In this document: in pieces, positions 57,515 through 64,000 of the stretch
Layout of the letters: each line of letters opens with the position of its first letter
Position numbering within the stretch: the stretch's first letter is position 1
DNA from: Nitrospirota bacterium
GTDB taxonomy: Bacteria > Nitrospirota > Thermodesulfovibrionia > Thermodesulfovibrionales > Dissulfurispiraceae
Assembly: GCA_963790025.1 (NCBI GenBank)
Contig: CAWBMP010000004.1
Span: forward strand, 1,248,001-1,312,000
Reading direction: 5' to 3'
Length of the DNA stretch: 64,000 nucleotides
The notes under the pieces: generated by a model
Databases searched by the model: none
Seen by the model: only the letters and a program-made list of their open reading frames with translations
Told to the model about the DNA's origin: nothing
Program-made: the position numbers and the translations under genes

Positions 57515-59968
57515 ATGATTGAGCTTACTATAGACGGGAAAAAAGTCACAACGGCTCCCGGGACAACTATTCTTCAGGCCGCCATCAATAACGGCCTGTA
57601 TATACCCAACCTTTGCTATGATAAGCGGCTGAGACCATACGGCGGCTGCAGGCTATGTGTTGTGGAAGTACAGGGACAGGCAAGGCTCTTTGCTGCCTGC
57701 TCTTCCCCTGCAGAACAAGGCATGGTTGTCATGACCGAAACGCCAAAGCTTACAAAGGCACGGAAGCTGGTGCTCGAACTGCTTTTGGTCCACCACCCCC
57801 TTGATTGTCCGATTTGTGACAAGGCAGGAGAGTGCGAGTTGCAGGACCTGGCATTCAAGTACGGGCCGTCGCAGAGCAGGTTTTCAGGGGAAAAGAAGCA
57901 TGCAACTGAGAGGCTTGATGCCCCTATAGTGGAAAGGAACCCCAATCGCTGTATACTCTGCGGCAAGTGTGTCAGGGTGTGCTATGAGCACCAGGGGGTC
58001 GGGGCCATCAATATATTGGGCAGGGGGTTTAAATCGAAAATAAGCCCTGCTTTCGAAGAGACACTTGACTGTGAATTCTGCGGGCAGTGCATCGATGCAT
58101 GCCCGGTTGGAGCGCTGGGCACCAAGCCTTACCGTCACCGCTCAAGGGTTTGGTATATGGATGAGCATCAGATTGTCTGCCCGTATTGCGGCTGTGGATG
58201 CACTACGAATCTGAGTCTGCGAGAGGGCAGGATAATGCGGGCCCGGGGCGAGCAGGGAATCGGGATAAACGACGGTAACCTCTGCAGCAGGGGGAGGTTC
58301 GGGTTCGACTATATATATTCGGAAAACCGTCTGAAGACGCCTATGATAAGAAAGGATGGGACATTAACGGAAGTTTCATGGGAAGAGGCACTGGAGTATG
58401 TCGCAGACAGATTGCAAGCGATTAAGACAGAGCACGGCGCGTCTGCCATCGGCGCTATCGGCTCCCAGCGATGCACGATGGAAGACAACTACATGCTTCA
58501 GAAATTCATGAGGGATGTAATCGGCACCGATAATATTGACTCTGCAGCGCGGTTCGGCTATGCAAAAGCGCAAAAGGTCATTGAAACAGCGTTTGGCCTT
58601 AACAACCTGCCGATTGACTGGGAATCCCCTCTCCATGCCGATTTTATCCTTGTGGTGGATTCCGATATCACCTCCACGCTTCCTGTATGGGGATTGAACT
58701 TTATACAGGCAAAAAATGAAGGGGCCACCCTGGTGGTTGCTGATTCCAAAGAGACAAAGCTTGCGAGAAACAGCACCAAGTGGTTGAGAATAAAACCCGG
58801 GGCCGGCGTCGCTCTTCTGAACGGCATCATGAAAGTGATAACCGATGAAGGGCTCTATAATAAAGAGAATGCAGCGAAGGTGCCCCAGTTCGACGCCTTA
58901 ATGGCGGGTCTTAAAGAATTGCCCCTCTCCGCAGTGTCGGAAATCACCGGGCTGCCGGAAGATGCAATTGGAAAACTTGCCAGATCATACGCTGCCTCCG
59001 GCAAGAGAGTTATTGCCATGACTTCGGCATCCTCGGAAAATACAAAGAGCGTAAATGCGCTCCTTGCCGCAGCGAACCTTGTGCTGCTTATGGGGGACGC
59101 CCCTGAAACACTCCAAATCCCGGCTGAGTTCTCCAACACACTCGGCATGTGGATGGTAGGTGTCAGGCCGCTTGCCGACGGCAAAAATGTCTATGACATG
59201 CTGTATACCCCCGGCACCATAAAAGCACTTTATATCATGGGAGAAAACCCTCTCGTCTCATTCCAGGATTTAAACGTAGTGGAGGAGACGATAAAAAACC
59301 TTGAATTTGTCGTGGTGCAGGACATCTTTATCAGCGATACCGCAAAACTGGCCGATGTGGTGCTGCCTGCCTGCAGCTGGGCTGAAAAAGAAGGGACCTT
59401 TATGAATGCCATGGGAGGCATACAGAAAATCCCTAAACTCATAGTGGAAGCCGGTGAGTCCGTTCCTGACTGGCAAATCTTCAGGAACCTTGCGCGGCAG
59501 ATGAACAAGGACCTCGGCATCAAGGACCTTACCGATATACGGGCCTCCGTTTCCGATATTGCAGTATCCGGCCCGAAGGATGAATTCCGCCCCTCATTCA
59601 ACCCGGTCTCTTTTGAATTAATAGAGACTGTGAGTGATGAGTATCCGGTATATCTCGTCACCTGGAACGTCCTTCAGCATTCCGGCGCGCTATCGGTCCT
59701 TTCCAAAAACCTTGACTCGGTCGTGGCAGATGCATTTCTCCAGGTAAATACCAAAGATGCGGAGAAATACCATATCAGCGATGATACCTTTGTAAAGGTC
59801 ACCTCGAAAAGAGGAGAGGTGTTTTTGAAGGCGGTGCTTTCCAATGAGGTGCCGGAGGGTACTGTCTTTGCTCCTGTTCACTTCGCCCACGCCAAGGTCA
59901 ATACCCTGACATACCCGGCGATAAACGGGGGCTTGCCGCTGGTTACGGTCAAGATTGAAGCGGCCTGA
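57515..59968 (+). CDS. FdhA/NuoG/SfrA-like molybdopterin-fold FeS subunit lacking the Cys/Sec ligand
   Basis: GGCRLC, HPLDCPICDKAGEC, two CxxCxxC..CP motifs, CPYCGCGC..C; IDSAARFGY at the ligand position. Confidence 0.85.
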   Translation: MIELTIDGKKVTTAPGTTILQAAINNGLYIPNLCYDKRLRPYGGCRLCVVEVQGQARLFAACSSPAEQGMVVMTETPKLTKARKLVLELLLVHHPLDCPICDKAGECELQDLAFKYGPSQSRFSGEKKHATERLDAPIVERNPNRCILCGKCVRVCYEHQGVGAINILGRGFKSKISPAFEETLDCEFCGQCIDACPVGALGTKPYRHRSRVWYMDEHQIVCPYCGCGCTTNLSLREGRIMRARGEQGIGINDGNLCSRGRFGFDYIYSENRLKTPMIRKDGTLTEVSWEEALEYVADRLQAIKTEHGASAIGAIGSQRCTMEDNYMLQKFMRDVIGTDNIDSAARFGYAKAQKVIETAFGLNNLPIDWESPLHADFILVVDSDITSTLPVWGLNFIQAKNEGATLVVADSKETKLARNSTKWLRIKPGAGVALLNGIMKVITDEGLYNKENAAKVPQFDALMAGLKELPLSAVSEITGLPEDAIGKLARSYAASGKRVIAMTSASSENTKSVNALLAAANLVLLMGDAPETLQIPAEFSNTLGMWMVGVRPLADGKNVYDMLYTPGTIKALYIMGENPLVSFQDLNVVEETIKNLEFVVVQDIFISDTAKLADVVLPACSWAEKEGTFMNAMGGIQKIPKLIVEAGESVPDWQIFRNLARQMNKDLGIKDLTDIRASVSDIAVSGPKDEFRPSFNPVSFELIETVSDEYPVYLVTWNVLQHSGALSVLSKNLDSVVADAFLQVNTKDAEKYHISDDTFVKVTSKRGEVFLKAVLSNEVPEGTVFAPVHFAHAKVNTLTYPAINGGLPLVTVKIEAA

Positions 59969-59977
59969 AATTAAAAG

Positions 59978-60051
59978 CAGGTATAGGGAAAGGTTAAGGT
60001 TAAGTAAATGAAAAAACTTTCCCCCTTAACCTTTGCCTTGACCTTTACCTG
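59978..60051. repeat. Hexamer-unit (AAGGTT) hairpin
   Basis: CAGGTATAGGGAAAGGTTAAGGTTAAG / CTTAACCTTTGCCTTGACCTTTACCTG. Confidence 0.7.
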
Positions 60052-60064
60052 TCTTATTGAGCCT

Positions 60065-60823
60065 ATGAAGGGATCCATAAAACGAAAAATATATAAGAAC
60101 AGTGGAAATTCTTTTGAGGAATTTGATGATTCCATTGCTACTGAAAAAAGACTAATAGTTTCAGTCAACGGCAAAGAGGTGCTCAGTTTTTACTGCACTC
60201 CCATTATGGTAAGGGAGCTGGTTGTCGGCATGTTTATGACCGAGGACATCATTAAGGGCGGGTGGTGCGCCGAGCGGATGGAGATACACTACGGCAAAGA
60301 GGTGCTTGTCGATATCCCTGCCGAGGGAGAGGCTTCAACAGACGGGGCTGTGATAACTTCAGGCTGCATCGGCGGCATTACTTTTCCAAAACGCCTGAAA
60401 CTGCAGAAAATCCATGATTCTTTCAATATACGCGCTGAAAGAATAAAAGCCCTGTTCAGGAAATTTCAGAACGCTTCGGAGCTTTACAAGCTAACCGGCT
60501 GTGTCCACAGTGCAGCCCTCAGCAATGGGAGCGAAATATTCTGCCTTGCCGAAGACATAGGAAGACATAATGCCGTAGATAAAGTTATCGGGTACGCAAT
60601 CCTGGAGCAAATTCCCTTCAAAGACACAATTATGCTTGCCAGCGGAAGGCTCTCCTCTGAGATTGTGTCCAAGTGCGCACGGTGGGGCATCCCTATTGTT
60701 GCGAGCCGGACCTCACCCACAAGCCTCGCCGTCGACATCGCGGAGGAAAGTGGCGTAACAGTCGTAGGTTTTGTCAGGGCCGACCGGTTGAATGTTTACA
60801 CCAATCCTCAAAGGATAAAATAG
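60065..60823 (+). CDS. fdhD: Formate dehydrogenase accessory sulfurtransferase
   Basis: TSGCIGG, TGCVHSAA, EDIGRHNAVDK, SGRLSSE, GFVR; start placed at ATG 60065, after the repeat. Confidence 0.92.
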   Translation: MKGSIKRKIYKNSGNSFEEFDDSIATEKRLIVSVNGKEVLSFYCTPIMVRELVVGMFMTEDIIKGGWCAERMEIHYGKEVLVDIPAEGEASTDGAVITSGCIGGITFPKRLKLQKIHDSFNIRAERIKALFRKFQNASELYKLTGCVHSAALSNGSEIFCLAEDIGRHNAVDKVIGYAILEQIPFKDTIMLASGRLSSEIVSKCARWGIPIVASRTSPTSLAVDIAEESGVTVVGFVRADRLNVYTNPQRIK

Positions 60824-61126
60824 AAAAAAAGAGCATGGCATTTGCTCGTCCAAAGTCTGATAAAACACCTGCATTTGTTACGCATTTACCTGGATAACCT
60901 GCTCGATTCTTGCGAACAACCTCATGCAGTTTTCCGATAAGAACAGTGAAAATTGCGATGAGGGTTGTATCCCAAAACTTGCTGTTCTTAAGAAATCTGC
61001 CCTCTTTAAGGTTGCACCAAGAAGTTGTTACTCGCACCCGCTCCTCTCAGGCTCCACGTTACTTCTTAAAGTAGAGAGTTTCAGTATCGCTATACTGCTA
61101 TGCATGGGAACGGGGTCAGTGAGAAC

Positions 61127-62059
61127 GGGGTCAGGTCTATAATGTTTACCTTTTTGCATGACCTCGAACAACCCGGCTTATATATGTAAAATGCAAATTG
61201 AGATGATTTGCGATTGCCCGCTGAGTATATCCAAATTCGTAGACAGCAGTAATTATTTTGCTGTCCCTCTGACTTTTATCCATTAATATGTTTTTGCTGA
61301 ATATGCTATCCAACCCGGGTCTGTTGACATACCGTTGCGTTTTGGATATTTCGGCAATATTCTTATGTTTATTGAGATGATGATTCAGGCTATCAACGAA
61401 TTCTTCTTTTCCGAGGACTACCTGGCCCTTAACAGCATTCCAAATACTTTCTTGTTCGATGCCTGATTTCACAAACTCACTGTATTTTCTTTCTGCCTCA
61501 CTCCTTTCCTCGCTGAATTGCCCTAGTATCCAGTCAGTGGTAAGACACGGATGAGGCGTTTTCTTTCCTGCGGTTTCCCCGCAGCTGGACCATTTCCAAT
61601 CTTCAGGCTGTTCAACTATGTGCGCACGTACCGGATTCAGCACAACATATCGGCACACTTCAAGAAGATGACTGTCTTTCTGGATCACAATAGCCTTATA
61701 TCTACCTTGCAACAGATGACCTGATCGGTTGCGCTTTTTGTTGTAAGCCTGGCTGTAGACACTGTTTAATTGCCTCATCCCTATGGACAGATTTCCATCC
61801 GGCGTTTCAATCATCAAATGATAATGGTTATCCATCAGACAGTAGGCATGGCATAGCCAATTGTACCGTCTATTGATATCGACAAGAATCCCAAGGAATG
61901 TTTCACGGTCAGCGTCATCCCTGAAAATTGACTTCTTCTCGTTTCCACGAGAAGTAACATGATATACAGCGCCAGGATATTGTATGCGCAACGGTCGAGC
62001 CATAACAGCCAATTTATCAGATTCATCATGAACATGTAAAACATTATAGACCTGACCCC
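61127..62059 (-). mobile_element. TIR-flanked Y1 tyrosine transposase element (TIRYT/RAYT-like)
   Basis: Perfect 21-bp IR GGGGTCAGGTCTATAATGTTT at 61127-61147 and 62039-62059. Confidence 0.85.
61146..62003 (-). CDS. Y1 HUH transposase (RAYT-like) with C-terminal HTH
   Basis: MARPLR..YHVTSRGN, YCLMDNHYHL (HUH), HLLQGRYK, RYVVLNPVRA, WSS; C-terminal TQRAIANHLNLHFTYISR. Confidence 0.9.
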   Translation of the reverse strand: MARPLRIQYPGAVYHVTSRGNEKKSIFRDDADRETFLGILVDINRRYNWLCHAYCLMDNHYHLMIETPDGNLSIGMRQLNSVYSQAYNKKRNRSGHLLQGRYKAIVIQKDSHLLEVCRYVVLNPVRAHIVEQPEDWKWSSCGETAGKKTPHPCLTTDWILGQFSEERSEAERKYSEFVKSGIEQESIWNAVKGQVVLGKEEFVDSLNHHLNKHKNIAEISKTQRYVNRPGLDSIFSKNILMDKSQRDSKIITAVYEFGYTQRAIANHLNLHFTYISRVVRGHAKR

Positions 62060-62181
62060 ATTTCCACATTTCCACATACCAATATTCTTGCCTTTTCTTT
62101 CAATTTATTGGTATGTGTCCCTATTTTTTTAGGGCTAACGAGTTTTTAATAAAACTTACCCACGACAAACAAACTGCAAAA

Positions 62182-63165
62182 CTAGGCAAATAGTAGTACG
62201 AATTGTTCAAACAGCTCCCTATGAAAGTGATTGATCATTTCCTCTCTCATGACCGTTAGTGCCTCAAAAGGAGTGAGTTTCGGTTTGTAGGATCGCTCAG
62301 CAGTCAATGCGTCATACACATCCGCAATACAGCAGAGTCTGCCATATACATGGATTTGATCGCCTTTGAGTCTGCGGGGGTACCCATTGCCGTCCTCCCT
62401 CTCGTGGTGCTGCATCTCGATAATCTTACACTCCTCCGTTAATTGGCCTGCCTCGGAAAGGATCTTGTAGCCCTGATACGGATGTGTTCTCATTTTCTGT
62501 ATCTCTTCTTTTGTAAGTCTTCCTGGCTTGTTGATTATCCCTGGATCAACACGGACTTTGCCGATATCGTGCAGGAAAAAGCCCGCTCCCAGTTCATGCA
62601 TATCATGAGCATCGGAATCTTTAAACAGTACCTTTGAAAGCATAATCGATAAAACTCCGACGTTTACCGAATGGGTGTACGTATAAAAATCATGAGATGT
62701 GATCCTCAATAAATAGTTCGCCGTAGCATCGTCCGAAATGAGAAGGTCCACGATTTCAGCAATTTCCTCTTTTGCTATTCGAATGTTTTCGGCCTTGGGG
62801 TCCGACAGCAGCTTGCCCATAAGTTCAACGGTCGACTTATATACCACTCTTGCTTTTTTCTCCGGAGCAAGTGTCCTGCTGTGAATGGCGTCTCTTAATT
62901 CATCCGAAACCAGTTTCTCAGTCTCCCACTTTTGAGGAGGCGCCAAATCCTCGTCTCCATGGCTCATTGATCCAAAATCTTCAAACGGCATTCCCTTGGA
63001 GCTATTTATATTCACCTCATCAAACCCGCCATCGATGATTTTTGCTATTTCAGAATGGTGTTTAATTGTAAATTCGTTTTTCAGGAAGGGATGATCAAGC
63101 CACGAAACAGGCAAGACGACGTGCATACCGACCTTCAACTCTTTTACCTTTATCCTCTGGATCAT
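62182..63165 (-). CDS. HD-GYP phosphodiesterase with DUF3391-like N-terminus
   Basis: LKVGMHV..W..HPF; HSVNV, LHDIGK, HHEREDGNGYP, ADVYDALT..RSYK. Confidence 0.9.
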   Translation of the reverse strand: MIQRIKVKELKVGMHVVLPVSWLDHPFLKNEFTIKHHSEIAKIIDGGFDEVNINSSKGMPFEDFGSMSHGDEDLAPPQKWETEKLVSDELRDAIHSRTLAPEKKARVVYKSTVELMGKLLSDPKAENIRIAKEEIAEIVDLLISDDATANYLLRITSHDFYTYTHSVNVGVLSIMLSKVLFKDSDAHDMHELGAGFFLHDIGKVRVDPGIINKPGRLTKEEIQKMRTHPYQGYKILSEAGQLTEECKIIEMQHHEREDGNGYPRRLKGDQIHVYGRLCCIADVYDALTAERSYKPKLTPFEALTVMREEMINHFHRELFEQFVLLFA

Positions 63166-63264
63166 ACAGCTATTTTAAACTATACCAGCATAAATTAAAA
63201 AAAGTTCTGATTTGTCCCGATTCGTTTTTGTCTGAGAGAAAAAGTAGGGTCTACCATAGGATTT

Positions 63265-63460
63265 ATGCAGATGACTATGGCAGCTTTATTCATGTAAGAT
63301 ATGCTTAACGGGGGTGTGGCTTGTGGGGTCAGTGGCCTGTTCATTCAGGCTCACTTGAGTCTGAAATGCCGCCTCCGTCATCTGCATCATCCTCAAAAGG
63401 GTCGACCGGGATGGTGCCAAATGTGGCTCTGTAAGTAGACGAGACCTGAGGATGATAATC
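63265..63460 (+). ncRNA. Putative IS110 bridge RNA
   Basis: Two stem-internal loop-hairpin units; perfect stems ATCATCCTCA/TGAGGATGAT and ATGCAGATGAC/GTCATCTGCAT. Confidence 0.6.
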
Positions 63461-63480
63461 TTGTCTGCAAAGGAGACTAC

Positions 63481-64000
63481 ATGAAAAAAGATGATCCCCT
63501 CGAACTGCGTGTAAGCGTCGATATTGGCTGCCGCAGTCACAACGTTGCAATCGGCCTATCCAGCGGTGAAGTCCTCGATGAATTCTCAATCGTGCATGAA
63601 CCTGAAGGGTTCCGGCAATTCTTCTGTCGCATCGAGAAGCAGGAGCAAAGGTTTAGTTGTCCCGTTGCCGTAGCAATGGAGGGCTTCAACGGCTACGCAC
63701 GTCCGCTGGACACGCTCGTTCGGGCCCGCAATTATCGCCTCTTCAATATCAACAATCTCAAGCTTGCTCGATTCAAGGAGATATTCCCCGGTGCCGCGAA
63801 GACCGATGCAATCGACGCAAGGAAAGGACTGGAGCTTTTTCAGCTTCGAGATCATCTGCCGATAGCCAAGGATGTGCTGCAGGAGGTACGCAAAACGCCG
63901 CGGGACAACGACATTCTAAAGCGGCTATCACGGCGCCGACGTCGTTTGGTCGATGAGCGAGTACGGGTAGTAAACAACCTACAGGCCGATCTTCACGCTG
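63481..64000 (+). CDS. IS110-family DEDD recombinase/transposase (partial)
   Basis: RBS AAGGAG; MKKDDPLELRVSVDIG.., VAMEG, AKTDAIDA, RLSRRRRRLVDERVRVVNNL; open to the window end. Confidence 0.92.
   Translation, partial: MKKDDPLELRVSVDIGCRSHNVAIGLSSGEVLDEFSIVHEPEGFRQFFCRIEKQEQRFSCPVAVAMEGFNGYARPLDTLVRARNYRLFNINNLKLARFKEIFPGAAKTDAIDARKGLELFQLRDHLPIAKDVLQEVRKTPRDNDILKRLSRRRRRLVDERVRVVNNLQADLHA

Larger units (their letters stand above)
63251..64000 (+). mobile_element. IS110-family element, left end and 5' part (continues beyond window)
   Basis: About 230-bp structured non-coding leader followed by a DEDD recombinase ORF; left boundary inferred from guide matches. Confidence 0.75.

Noticed and set aside
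57515..59968. Selenocysteine-containing formate dehydrogenase
   Set aside because: No in-frame TGA; the ligand position has neither Cys nor Sec
60008..60064. N-terminal extension of FdhD in the ORF track
   Set aside because: LTFALTFT is the hexamer repeat arm; ATG 60065 is the more plausible start
60824..61103. Short ORFs between fdhD and the Y1 element
   Set aside because: No recognisable motif or convincing RBS in any frame; could be a gene remnant but cannot be supported

Overview
A 64-kb bacterial chromosome segment, mostly core genes. Protein style and gene neighbourhoods suggest an anaerobic Gram-negative organism, perhaps Nitrospirota (Thermodesulfovibrionia-like) or a deltaproteobacterium; this is inference only. 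Left to right it contains: a Cache sensor kinase (runs off the left edge) with a divergent receiver protein; a divergent RelA/SpoT-like nucleotidyltransferase; argD-argF; class V aminotransferase-serA-purA-comF-cysM; an Smr protein, a K+ channel-like protein and an ICMT-like protein; a missed 56-aa Cys-rich ORF ahead of an RpoD paralogue; trpB-trpA-accD-folC-lptD-truB-purB with divergent trpF; queF; a PAS kinase; an ~18-kb LPS core/ligase cluster with a B12 radical SAM enzyme; a nucleotide-sugar dehydrogenase; moaA; cpoB-pal; a HydABC/Hnd-like flavin-FeS operon (REC-NuoE fusion, NuoF, FdhA-like subunit lacking the Mo ligand, fdhD); a TIR-flanked Y1 (RAYT/TIRYT) transposase; an HD-GYP protein; and the 5' part of an IS110 element with a readable bridge-RNA-like leader. 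Other notable points are two genes that appear to start at ATT/ATA and several families of small palindromic repeats, some inserted in frame in genes. No rRNA, tRNA or CRISPR array was seen. All calls are by eye from motifs; no database searches were run.
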